From contig CAZIYE010000001.1 in the NCBI GenBank assembly GCA_964543385.1, positions 270,001 to 302,000 on the forward strand: 32,000 nucleotides of DNA, given 5' to 3'. The number at the start of each line of letters is the position of its first letter. The first letter of the stretch is position 1. The notes under the pieces were generated by a model, which did no database searches, had not been told where the DNA came from, and worked only from the letters and a program-made list of their open reading frames with translations. Both the position numbers and the translations under genes were made by a program. The stretch is from an uncultured Candidatus Saccharibacteria bacterium (lineage in GTDB: Bacteria > Patescibacteriota > UBA1384 > XYA2-FULL-43-10 > 1-14-0-10-43-13). This document shows, piece by piece, positions 1 to 10,952 of the stretch.

Positions 1-28
1 ATAGCAAAAAATTATTATAAAACGAAAG

Positions 29-59
29 GGCGAAACACCTATTTTAAAGGTGTTTCGCC
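29..59 (-). terminator. 12-bp hairpin downstream of ORF 66-371
   Basis: ggcgaaacacct / aggtgtttcgcc with a 7-nt loop; T-tract is weak. Confidence 0.55.
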
Positions 60-65
60 GGCCAT

Positions 66-371
66 TCACCAAGCATAGTGAGCTCGTGTCCCCCTTTTTT
101 TATCTTGTCCCTTGCAAATAGCAAAGAGCTGACGTGCAAACAGGATTTCGATAGTCGAAAAATCTGTAAGCTGTGCGACTAAATCCTCTTGGCAAGTCGC
201 ACCATGATTGATCAAATTGATCACCTGTTGGGCCTTTTCGCCCAATAGAACGATCTGACCAACCGCATGAGGTCTTCTGGATTCTGGTAGCCCCATGATG
301 GAAGCCACAAGATCAGCAGTTGCATTATCAAGCATCGATGCTTCCCCTTCTCTGCTATCTGGTTCGGACAT
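66..371 (-). CDS. hypothetical protein, 101 aa
   Basis: ORF with GGGGGA Shine-Dalgarno-like sequence before ATG; GC-rich hairpin (29-59) just downstream. Confidence 0.5.
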   Translation of the reverse strand: MSEPDSREGEASMLDNATADLVASIMGLPESRRPHAVGQIVLLGEKAQQVINLINHGATCQEDLVAQLTDFSTIEILFARQLFAICKGQDKKRGTRAHYAW

Positions 372-644
372 AAAATGTCCCCCCTTTTGTTTGATATACT
401 GAGATCCGATAGCTACCTATCCGATCTCTCCAGACAAACAAAAAACTGGCCCAAGCCAGCTATTTATTCACTATTATTAATTTATAATTCGACTACACAA
501 AAAATGCCGGCTTTACCAGATAATCAGATTGCCACCACCAATTTTGTGAATGATTAATCATTTCTAATATATTAACATAAGCGATAATAATTTAAAAAGT
601 GGGTGGGGCCGCTTATTAGGCGGCCACCCGGTCGAAAGAATGTC

Positions 645-908
645 TTAATTGCATAATGCAATCCTCTGACATTCAAGATGATGGATTGGATAGTCCTTCA
701 TCAGAAAATAATAACGAGTTATCGCCTTGAGGCGCTCATTCAAGATGATGCCACACCGAGCAAATGCGTCAAAAGCATCACTTTCGCTTGATGCAGCAAG
801 AACAACTGGGGGTAAGAATTCTTTGGCTAATGCCATTAACTCTTTGCCGCTAATAACCGACCTATCCTTGGAAGAACGATCAGGACGGCAGAAATAGCTA
901 CTCATCAC
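645..908 (-). CDS. hypothetical protein, ~87 aa
   Basis: ORF preceded by AAAGGAG; possible starts GTG at 908 or ATG at 905. Confidence 0.5.
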   Translation of the reverse strand: MMSSYFCRPDRSSKDRSVISGKELMALAKEFLPPVVLAASSESDAFDAFARCGIILNERLKAITRYYFLMKDYPIHHLECQRIALCN

Positions 909-974
909 ACAGCTCCTTTGGGGTTTTTGGTATTATACAGCGACTTGCATAAGCAAATCGCCATAAATAACAAA

Positions 975-995
975 AAATCTGGCCTTTTGGCCAGC
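975..995 (-). terminator. Rho-independent terminator
   Basis: minus strand GCTGGCC AAAA GGCCAG ATTTTTTG. Confidence 0.6.
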
Positions 996-1160
996 TTTGT
1001 TAAATTTTTTTTATAACTTTATGAACTTTTAATTAAAAATTGCTGGCCTTTGGTCAGATGTAAAGTAAAAGTAAAACCAGTTTTTAGTAGTAATAATATT
1101 CATCGATATAATCAATCTAGCAAATCATCATTTTGATGTCAATTAAACAGCTTGGGTGAC

Positions 1161-1196
1161 GGGAGAGTGCTGTATACATGTTGCCAGCACTCTCCC
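1161..1196. terminator. 12-bp GC-rich hairpin
   Basis: gggagagtgctg ... cagcactctccc, perfect stem with 12-nt loop, directly after the 1202-1360 stop. Confidence 0.5.
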
Positions 1197-1201
1197 CGAC
1201 C

Positions 1202-1360
1202 TTACATTTGAATTGTCGCCGGATCCTTTAGGCACTTGCCCTTAGGATGATGGCGACGGCACTTGGGACACCACACGGGGATGTCCACGCCATCAGATGG
1301 CGTTGAGGGGGGAATCCATGGTTGCCGCTTTCGCGGCATCTCAGAGGGGGTTGTCGGCAT
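1202..1360 (-). CDS. small CxxC / His / Cys protein, 52 aa (possible zinc knuckle)
   Basis: Start chosen at ATG 1360, just after the stop of the upstream ORF in TTGGAGTGAAATCATG (SD GGAG). MPTTPSEMPRKRQPWIPPSTPSDGVDIPVWCPKCRRHHPKGKCLKDPATIQM. This is shorter than the 85-aa track ORF. Confidence 0.5.
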   Translation of the reverse strand: MPTTPSEMPRKRQPWIPPSTPSDGVDIPVWCPKCRRHHPKGKCLKDPATIQM

Positions 1361-1364
1361 GATT

Positions 1365-1796
1365 TCACTCCAACTGATAAGAGGTGTAGCCCACCTCGGC
1401 GATACGGCGGGGAACGACGTCCCACGAGTTGGGACAGACAGTGCACTGGTAATGACCATTGCTGGTCATGATACCATTGTTCGCGCGACACTCAGTGCAG
1501 TACCTGTCGGTCAATCGGAACTTCTCACCATTTCCGATAGCATAGGCCGGGAAACGATGCCCGAAGATGTTGGGGAATACCGTTCCTCCGAAGAGACGGA
1601 CGTTGATGTGACCGTCACTGGTTTCTACGAAGGCGTCAGGGATGACCAGCATCCTGAGATGGCGATTGTGCATCCATGCATTAGTCATTACCAATTCCGG
1701 TATGTTAGGAAGACAGTCATTGAAACGCTCCCCAGAGCGAACGATGATCGAGCCGATCGGTTTGATACGGCTCTTAGGGCGGTGACGATTCGGCAT
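1365..1796 (-). CDS. hypothetical protein with zinc-ribbon-like CTEC...CTVC motif
   Basis: 143-aa ORF containing YCTECRANNG...YQCTVCPNSWDVV; adjacent to 1202-1360. Confidence 0.55.
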   Translation of the reverse strand: MPNRHRPKSRIKPIGSIIVRSGERFNDCLPNIPELVMTNAWMHNRHLRMLVIPDAFVETSDGHINVRLFGGTVFPNIFGHRFPAYAIGNGEKFRLTDRYCTECRANNGIMTSNGHYQCTVCPNSWDVVPRRIAEVGYTSYQLE

Positions 1797-1893
1797 AACA
1801 GGACTCCTTTGTCAGGGGATTTGACGAACAAATTCGTCTATATGAGGTATATAGCAAAATAAGCAATAAATCAAGTTATGAGATAATTATTGC

Positions 1894-2377
1894 TTATGAC
1901 AATTCTTTATCGAGTTCACTAAATTTATTACCTGCCAAAAATTGGTTTGAGATTATCTGTGTTACTTCCTTGCCAAATCATTTAGGAATCTCAAAATTTC
2001 TCTTAGTATCCTCATTGTCAAAGACAACCTCAGCCAAGACAAGACCTTCTAATTTGCCATGAAATATATCGACACGAATCTCCGTAACTAGAGATGAGAT
2101 ATAATACCGAGTCTTCTCAAGTCTCTTTTTTGTCAAAGGCCAGATAAGATCGAATTCTTCTTTTGATATATTGATATTTTCATATTCACGAATCCCTTTA
2201 TCAAAAGGAATTGGCATTGATTTCTTTGTAATTGAATATAGATTACCTTTTTGCAAATTCTTGTGGCTTCGCCACCAACACCAAAATAGCCCTATTCTAT
2301 TTCTTCATGAGCACATTGATCCATGTTTTTTGGAGATTTTTTACTAAATAGGTTGCTTCAATTCTAATCGTCTTCAC
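1894..2377 (-). pseudogene. decayed CYTH-domain (adenylyl cyclase/thiamine triphosphatase fold) protein gene
   Basis: Fragments in different frames: IRIEATYLVKNL; HEEIE*GYFGVGGEATRICKK; GNLYSITKKS...LIWPLTKKRLEKTRYYI...VDIFHGKLEGLVLAEVVFDNED..NFEIPK*FGKEVT. These match the usual CYTH order of motifs, with in-frame TAG and TGA and frame changes. Confidence 0.7.
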
Positions 2378-2420
2378 TCCTTGTTCATATTCCGGTCATT
2401 AAATAAATTTGAAAATAAAA

Positions 2421-3287
2421 TTAACGCTGACAAACAGGACAGTAATGAGTACCTCGACCACCGACTGTTATCCTTTTTATGACATCATTGCATCCCCTTG
2501 GACAAAGCTCGCCAGTTCTATGGTAAACATTCAGATAATTTTGCATTCCGCCCTTTTTTCCATCTGCGTCGACATAATCACTATCAGTCGTGCCGCCATA
2601 TTTAATCGCTTTTTCCAGAATCATTATAGTTGATTTTATAATCTTTTCCCATTCATCCCGAACGATATCTTTGACTTTTCGCAGAGGAGAGATCATAGAA
2701 TCGAAGAGAATTTCATCAGCATAAATATTGCCTATTCCAGCAACAATAGCCTGATCCATCAAAAATTGTTTGATATTTTTGTTCGGCATCCTACCAGCTT
2801 TTCGAAAGAGATATTCTGCTGTAAATCCTTCAGAAAAAGGTTCTGGTCCATAACTTTCCGTAAAGATTCTATCTATTTCTTCTTTTGGCAAAAGCTTACA
2901 CCAACCAAACTTTCGCATATCATTAAAAAATAATTTTGACCCATCATTAAAATAAAATATCATTGCCGTCGTCGAATTTGGGAGTTTTGCATGCCAATTA
3001 TGATCGGGGTGGCCACCCGCGAACCGATCATCTGCAGCTTTCAACTCTTGCCTGTATATCAGCTGTCCTGTCATTTTGAGATGAAAAAGCAAATATTTAT
3101 TGTTTGATAATCCAAAAGCAATTATTTTTGCCCGACGTTCTATGCTGAAGATTTCACAACCAACCGCTTCTATCGCGCTGCCAAAAAAAGACTTGGGGAA
3201 TAAAATATCAATATCGACTATCTTCTTGCCGACAATTCTTTGGCTTAGTCCCCTTCTGATTGTCTCTACCTCTGGTAATTCTGGCAT
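2421..3287 (-). CDS. mutM: formamidopyrimidine-DNA glycosylase
   Basis: N-terminus MPELPEVETIRRGL, and C-terminal zinc finger CPRGCNDVIKR...GRGTHYCPVCQR. Confidence 0.95.
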   Translation of the reverse strand: MPELPEVETIRRGLSQRIVGKKIVDIDILFPKSFFGSAIEAVGCEIFSIERRAKIIAFGLSNNKYLLFHLKMTGQLIYRQELKAADDRFAGGHPDHNWHAKLPNSTTAMIFYFNDGSKLFFNDMRKFGWCKLLPKEEIDRIFTESYGPEPFSEGFTAEYLFRKAGRMPNKNIKQFLMDQAIVAGIGNIYADEILFDSMISPLRKVKDIVRDEWEKIIKSTIMILEKAIKYGGTTDSDYVDADGKKGGMQNYLNVYHRTGELCPRGCNDVIKRITVGGRGTHYCPVCQR

Positions 3288-3300
3288 ATTAAAAAATATT

Positions 3301-3990
3301 TTAAAGATAAGTTATCGCCTGGCTCAAACTCTTGATTTTCAAATTATCATCATCTTTTGATGCCCCCGCGATAACTGATGTCCTCATAGGATCATCCTTG
3401 TCAGCATCTTTTCGCTGTATTTCAATTGAGATACAATTTGGAAATGATTTTTTAACGTTTCGAATCGTATCTGCTCGATCGTCAATAATAGCAAATCTAT
3501 CTCCGTCTGTCACCAGTTTATCAAGATATTTCCATTTTTGGATATCAGTAATGTAAATGTTGTCAAAATATAAATCAACACCGGCATTAACTATTTTTTT
3601 CCTCTGGAAGCCAATATCACCAAGGGAAAGCAGATCTAATATGTAAAGATCACGGTCGAGAGATTTTAAAAAGTCAAAAGTATCGGTATAAATAAATTTT
3701 GATACTTGAGAATAAGATTCCTCAATCGCCGTTGATATACTTTTCTGGTCAAAAACCCTCACCTCTCTAAGTCTTTTAGCAAGACCCTCAGGTGAAAACT
3801 TATAGTCTAAGCACTCCTCCCTATATTTTTCCAGAATTTCTTCTGCCGAGAATCCAGCGCCTTCAAAGATCTTGAACAAAATCTCTCGATACAGACTTGT
3901 ATCAAAAATCGTCCCATCAAAATCCAAGAAAATTCTTGTTTTAGCCATTTTTTGATCAATCATTAATAATTTTCTATATAATAATAGCAA
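3301..3990 (-). CDS. HAD-superfamily hydrolase
   Basis: FLDFDGTIFDTS motif; later IDDRADT. True start may be ATG 3948 (MAKTRIFLDFDGT). Confidence 0.8.
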   Translation of the reverse strand: MLLLYRKLLMIDQKMAKTRIFLDFDGTIFDTSLYREILFKIFEGAGFSAEEILEKYREECLDYKFSPEGLAKRLREVRVFDQKSISTAIEESYSQVSKFIYTDTFDFLKSLDRDLYILDLLSLGDIGFQRKKIVNAGVDLYFDNIYITDIQKWKYLDKLVTDGDRFAIIDDRADTIRNVKKSFPNCISIEIQRKDADKDDPMRTSVIAGASKDDDNLKIKSLSQAITYL

Positions 3991-4013
3991 CTTCCGTATG
4001 GCTTATAAAGCGG

Positions 4014-4042
4014 TTGACAAAATTATCACACTTATATAGTAT
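4014..4042 (+). promoter_or_regulatory. sigma70-type promoter for padR
   Basis: TTGACA - 17 nt - TAGTAT. Confidence 0.75.
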
Positions 4043-4166
4043 AAAGATACTAAGACGAGCGAGGGAATGCTCATTTTTTAATTTATATATTTTGAAATTT
4101 ATTCATTTATTGATAAATTGCCAAATAATAAAATGGATGAATGGATAAATAACACGGAGTGTCGCT

Positions 4167-4511
4167 ATGGATTTGACAAGAGAAGGATACTGGCGAAAAT
4201 TGATAAATCAGGGTTTGATCAAATTCTTTTTGCTCAAAGTTTTATATAAAGATAAAGAGAGCTACGGTTATAGAATTGTCAAAAGAATAGAAGAATTATC
4301 AGACGGAACATGCCGACCGACCGAATCAACAATTTATCCTGCTCTAGAACAGCTAAGAAAAGACGGCTATGCGATTACCAGAGAGGTCTCTGCTGGCGCT
4401 AGAAAAAGAATAATTTATTCACTTACAGAATCTGGCAGAGCTGCATACAGAGCTGCTGCGAAATCCTATGGTGAAATAATACCATTACTGAGAGAATCTA
4501 TACTTCTCTAA
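4167..4511 (+). CDS. PadR-family transcriptional regulator
   Basis: KESYGYRIVKRIEE...RPTESTIYPALEQLRKDGYAITREV...RKRIIYSLTESG is characteristic of PadR winged helix proteins. Confidence 0.88.
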   Translation: MDLTREGYWRKLINQGLIKFFLLKVLYKDKESYGYRIVKRIEELSDGTCRPTESTIYPALEQLRKDGYAITREVSAGARKRIIYSLTESGRAAYRAAAKSYGEIIPLLRESILL

Positions 4512-4531
4512 GCTATATCCATTTAAAAAAC

Positions 4532-4560
4532 TTGACATATTTGCTATACTTAAGTAGGTT
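4532..4560 (+). promoter_or_regulatory. putative promoter of the 15-aa peptide gene
   Basis: TTGACA - 17 nt - TAGGTT (weak -10). Confidence 0.45.
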
Positions 4561-4586
4561 AGATAATTAAAAAAATCAGGAGAAAT

Positions 4587-4634
4587 ATGACAATTGATCC
4601 ATGTGGTGGCTGCTGCGGCGGCTGCGGTAAATAA
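4587..4634 (+). CDS. 15-aa Cys/Gly micropeptide MTIDPCGGCCGGCGK
   Basis: SD AGGAGA 4 nt before ATG; TAA stop; immediate terminator. Below the 60-aa cutoff of the ORF track. Confidence 0.65.
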   Translation: MTIDPCGGCCGGCGK

Positions 4635-4636
4635 AT

Positions 4637-4668
4637 AAAAAAACCTCTGAGAAATCAGAGGTTTTTTT
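4637..4668 (+). terminator. Rho-independent terminator (potentially bidirectional)
   Basis: AAAAAAACCTCTGA GAAA TCAGAGGTTTTTTT. Confidence 0.9.
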
Positions 4669-5236
4669 ATTCCAAACAATTTACTATAGATTCGTATTTA
4701 TTTTTCATCATTTTTTTTGCTTGCAAACTCATTTTTGACCAACTTCTTTGGACTTTCTTCAAAACCCAATCTGAACCTTCCTCTATGCTAAGTCCCTTTT
4801 CAACATATGCAAGATAAAGCAGTGATTTAAAGTTTTCGATATGTGCCATTGCATCAGCATCAGCTACAACTTGTTCTTCCAAAATTGTTTTTTCAACATT
4901 TACACTGCCTCGATGAGACAATATGCACTTTTTTACTAATTCAATTTTTTCTCTAGGATAATTATACTGACTCAACAGTTCATCGGCCATTCTAGCACCT
5001 TCTATGTGGTGGGTATCGGCGAATTTTCCGTTTGAAATTGCAGCATAATCATGCAAAAGACAAGCAATCTCTATCAACTCAACGTCCAATGAAAGCTCTT
5101 TTGCTAGTTTTTTACCAAAAAAGACTACCGTCTTAACATGATAATCCCAATCTGCTGGTCCGTAGATATTATTTGGCGATTGACAAGCTTCCCATACAAT
5201 CTTTTCAATCGATTTTGAAAGATTTTTGTTCTTCAT
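4667..5236 (-). CDS. HD-domain phosphohydrolase-like protein
   Basis: HTVKTV...CLLHDYAAI...HHIEGARMADELL...HRGS...ADADAMAHIENF pattern. Confidence 0.75.
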   Translation of the reverse strand: MKNKNLSKSIEKIVWEACQSPNNIYGPADWDYHVKTVVFFGKKLAKELSLDVELIEIACLLHDYAAISNGKFADTHHIEGARMADELLSQYNYPREKIELVKKCILSHRGSVNVEKTILEEQVVADADAMAHIENFKSLLYLAYVEKGLSIEEGSDWVLKKVQRSWSKMSLQAKKMMKNKYESIVNCLE

Positions 5237-5254
5237 AGGGGAATTTTACCATAC

Positions 5255-5280
5255 AAAAAAGCCAATTTATACTCTAAGTG

Positions 5281-5284
<4 letters not shown>
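5255..5284 (-). terminator. putative terminator after 5S rRNA
   Basis: minus strand GCCAA...TTGGCTTTTTTG; short stem, good T-tract. Confidence 0.45.
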
Positions 5285-5396
<112 letters not shown>

Positions 5397-5592
5397 CTTA
5401 ACTTACAAATTGGCTTTGTTTTGAAAGAATGCCTTTCAAATGGAGTAAGATTAAAGAGAATCTTACCCCCATTTGAAAATCAACATGAGCTCGATCCAGC
5501 ATGCCAGCATCGCCCCTCATCCTTTCGCAAAGAAAGGATGAGCGAGTCGTGCCAACACAAAGGTATCTTAAACGCTCGACAATTACTGGAAT

Positions 5593-5619
5593 AATCCAGA
5601 AATTACTAGTCAAGAAAAT

Positions 5620-5629
<10 letters not shown>
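5593..5629 (-). promoter_or_regulatory. 3' arm of 23S precursor processing stem
   Basis: 5593-5615 is a perfect 23-nt inverted match to 8524-8546; 5614-5629 pairs with 8434-8450. Confidence 0.8.
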
Positions 5630-8433
<2,804 letters not shown>

Positions 8434-8441
<8 letters not shown>

Positions 8442-8546
8442 ATATTTTTCTTTAGAGGTCGAATAATTGGAGACAAGATTTCTTATTGCTAAGAAGTTCT
8501 GTCCCCACTACCCGACATAAATATCTTGACTAGTAATTTCTGGATT
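8434..8546 (-). promoter_or_regulatory. 5' arm of 23S processing stem with inserted hairpin (8469-8506)
   Basis: Two segments complementary to the 3' trailer separated by GGGGACAGAACTTCTTA-GCAA-TAAGAAATCTTGTCTCC. Confidence 0.7.
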
Positions 8547-8898
8547 CGTATAAATACGAATGAAATTACTATTTGAGAAATTTTTATTATCGGAAGATAA
8601 CTCTTAAATGAAATTACATTATTATAATTACTCGTTATAATTATCTTTTGTGTGCTTGCATAGAGATCAATAAATGATCTTGCAGGTATATACAAACACT
8701 ATGAAATTGTTAAGGTTCAGGGCAAAAAATGCAATTTATGAAACTTTTGCCTCATAGTTACATTTTTGTCAAATATAATGGATATTTTGACCAAAAAATC
8801 AATAAGCAGATATTTGTCCCGCGTATGCTGGGATAGTTTACCCGCAACCCCCCTGTGTAGTGTGAAATAAGTTCTAACTTTTACTTACTAAAAGAGAA

Positions 8899-8928
8899 TG
8901 TATCATATTTAAATTACTATTGTCAACA
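8899..8928 (-). promoter_or_regulatory. putative 23S-5S promoter
   Basis: TTGACA - 18 nt - TACATT on the minus strand; -10 imperfect. Confidence 0.5.
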
Positions 8929-8953
8929 CTTTTTACATGACCACTTTCTAAGA

Positions 8954-8982
8954 TTGACAATTTAGCGTTTTTTACTTAAAAT
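8954..8982 (+). promoter_or_regulatory. promoter of ORF 9015-9479, divergent from 23S
   Basis: TTGACA - 17 nt - TAAAAT. Confidence 0.75.
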
Positions 8983-9014
8983 ATCCCCAGTTCGAGTGGA
9001 GGTTTATCCAGAAA

Positions 9015-9479
9015 ATGCGCAACGAGATCGTCATCGACATCGATGGAACACTCACCCTACCACGAATCGGAGATTTTGAGAGATTCCTTACTCCATTTCA
9101 GTCACCTCTTGTGGCAGCCGGTCTTGCTCCGGAAATTGGGTTGTATTTTTACAACTTGAAGCCAAACATGAAGATGATCGAATGGATAAAAAATATTCCA
9201 GCAGACTATAGCATAACTATGTTGACCGGACGCTACAATGCGTTTGATTACATAACGCGCAGATGGCTGTTGAAATATGGTATTCTCTTCAATTCTCTGG
9301 TCTTTACGCCTTTTGGCGAAAAAGATATCCAGTTCAAGATCGAATATGCGCGCGCCCACGAAAGTCGGATAGCGCTCATGATCGATAATATGAGACACAT
9401 CAGAGACGGTGTTGCCGAGATAATCGGCGATCGTTCCGTCCTCTGGACTGATCTCACCCTTTCCCCCGCTGCTCTGTAA
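9015..9479 (+). CDS. HAD-like hydrolase
   Basis: IVIDIDGTLTLPR and MLTGRYN motifs, MIDN..HI; SD GGAGG upstream. Confidence 0.72.
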   Translation: MRNEIVIDIDGTLTLPRIGDFERFLTPFQSPLVAAGLAPEIGLYFYNLKPNMKMIEWIKNIPADYSITMLTGRYNAFDYITRRWLLKYGILFNSLVFTPFGEKDIQFKIEYARAHESRIALMIDNMRHIRDGVAEIIGDRSVLWTDLTLSPAAL

Positions 9480-9524
9480 AGACCAGCGGGATTTCTTTAT
9501 CCAAGAGAAATCTATTCGATAAGA

Positions 9525-9968
9525 TTATCGAACTAAAAAATAAACAAATATTAAAGTAACTAATTGAGTAGCGATGCCCCATATGAGGTTAGGCTTGACT
9601 GTTGAATGTATTTTTTCATGAAACATAAAAAGCTTACTTCCGAGATAGCTTTTTCGAAACTTTTTGCTCCAAAAAGGCACATTATCGAAGATATCTGGCA
9701 GCAATCCGCCAAAAGCACCCCACAGAAAAGTACTGGATAAGGATATTTCTGGTTTCAAAAGTAATATTAACAAAATAGTAAGAATTAAATCAGAACCAGT
9801 GAATACCCACTGCTTCCATGTCCATTTTCCATCCTCTAACACATTATCGAAGTGAGGGATTGCATCGAGGATATAATGAAGAATAATTCCGGAAGCAAAT
9901 GCTAGATAGGGATCACCTATGCTTTCGCCGATCAGGCCACCAGATATTATATGAGCAGTAGTAATCAT
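9525..9968 (-). CDS. membrane protein with His/Asp motifs (membrane-bound metal-dependent hydrolase-like)
   Basis: AHIISGGLIGES...LHYILDAIPHFDN...GLLPDIFDN...FHEKIHST, hydrophobic. Confidence 0.55.
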   Translation of the reverse strand: MITTAHIISGGLIGESIGDPYLAFASGIILHYILDAIPHFDNVLEDGKWTWKQWVFTGSDLILTILLILLLKPEISLSSTFLWGAFGGLLPDIFDNVPFWSKKFRKSYLGSKLFMFHEKIHSTVKPNLIWGIATQLVTLIFVYFLVR

Positions 9969-9973
9969 ATAGT

Positions 9974-10657
9974 TTAATTTCCGCCAAAGCGCCTTTGCCG
10001 CTTACCAAATTCCTCGACCGCCTTATCAAACTCTTTGGGAGAGAAGTCAGGCCAATGTACCTCTGGAAAATAGAATTCCGAATAAGCTGATTGCCAAAGT
10101 AGAAAACCAGAGAGGCGTTGCTCCCCAGAAGTACGAACAATCAAGTCCGGATCAGAAATGCCAGAACTATCTAGATTATCAGATATATTCTCTATTGTTA
10201 TCGGCATTTTATTTTCGACTATTTTCTCAACTGCCCTTTTAATCTCGTCTTTTCCCGTATAGTTAAGAGCAAGTTGAACCACCATACCAGTATTGTTTTT
10301 GGTCTTTTCTACTGCCCTGACTATTGTCTCGGCCAACTTCTTTGGCAAACCAGTAATATCTCCAAGATGACTCAATTTCATATTTTTGCCGTGCAGATCG
10401 TCGAGATATTCTTTTACAAAGTTTGTAAATATATCCATCAAATAATCGACTTCTTCCTTTGCTCTATTCCAATTCTCCTTAGAAAAACAATACATAGTCA
10501 CCGCCTCTAGTCCTTGGCTAGCAGCATAGTCTATGATCTCTTTGGCTCTTTTGAAACCAGCATTGTGACCCTGAAGAGTAGTGACTCCATTCACTTTAGC
10601 CCAACGTCTATTACCATCCAATATAAAACCAATATGTTTTGGAACTAAATTGCTCAT
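9974..10657 (-). CDS. uppS: isoprenyl transferase (undecaprenyl diphosphate synthase)
   Basis: HIGFILDGNRRWAK; GHNAGFKRAKEIIDYA; FSKENWNR; DPDLIVRTSGEQRLSGFLLWQSAYSEFYF. Confidence 0.95.
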   Translation of the reverse strand: MSNLVPKHIGFILDGNRRWAKVNGVTTLQGHNAGFKRAKEIIDYAASQGLEAVTMYCFSKENWNRAKEEVDYLMDIFTNFVKEYLDDLHGKNMKLSHLGDITGLPKKLAETIVRAVEKTKNNTGMVVQLALNYTGKDEIKRAVEKIVENKMPITIENISDNLDSSGISDPDLIVRTSGEQRLSGFLLWQSAYSEFYFPEVHWPDFSPKEFDKAVEEFGKRQRRFGGN

Positions 10658-10952
10658 AATTCTAATTTATTTATTTTCATTAAACGGTAGTTATAATACG
10701 TCATTTATAATAAATATTCAACCAATGACGAATTCTTGAATATATTATTAGAGAACAATGTGACCTGATTATTTTGTCGAAGCGTATGTTGAAAGAGTCA
10801 GAAATATTATTTTGAAGAACAATAAGTTTATTTATATACCAACTTTATTCAATGAACTCAAATCAGACAATTCAAAATATTGATTACTGAAGCAACCGGA
10901 CAAAACCCTAGTCCCAAGTGATTTTTTAATTGAGAGTATTTTTTCTATAATC

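Noticed and set aside
1202-1862. Overlapping track ORFs 1228-1491 and 1263-1862, and the long N-terminus of 1202-1459
   Set aside because: They overlap the better-supported 1365-1796 and 1202-1360 frames; only one reading can be the main product at each position.
1978-2377. UGA-as-Trp or other genetic code reassignment suggested by W->TGA in the CYTH gene
   Set aside because: The same locus also has a TAG and frame changes, and neighbouring genes use normal stops, so gene decay is simpler.
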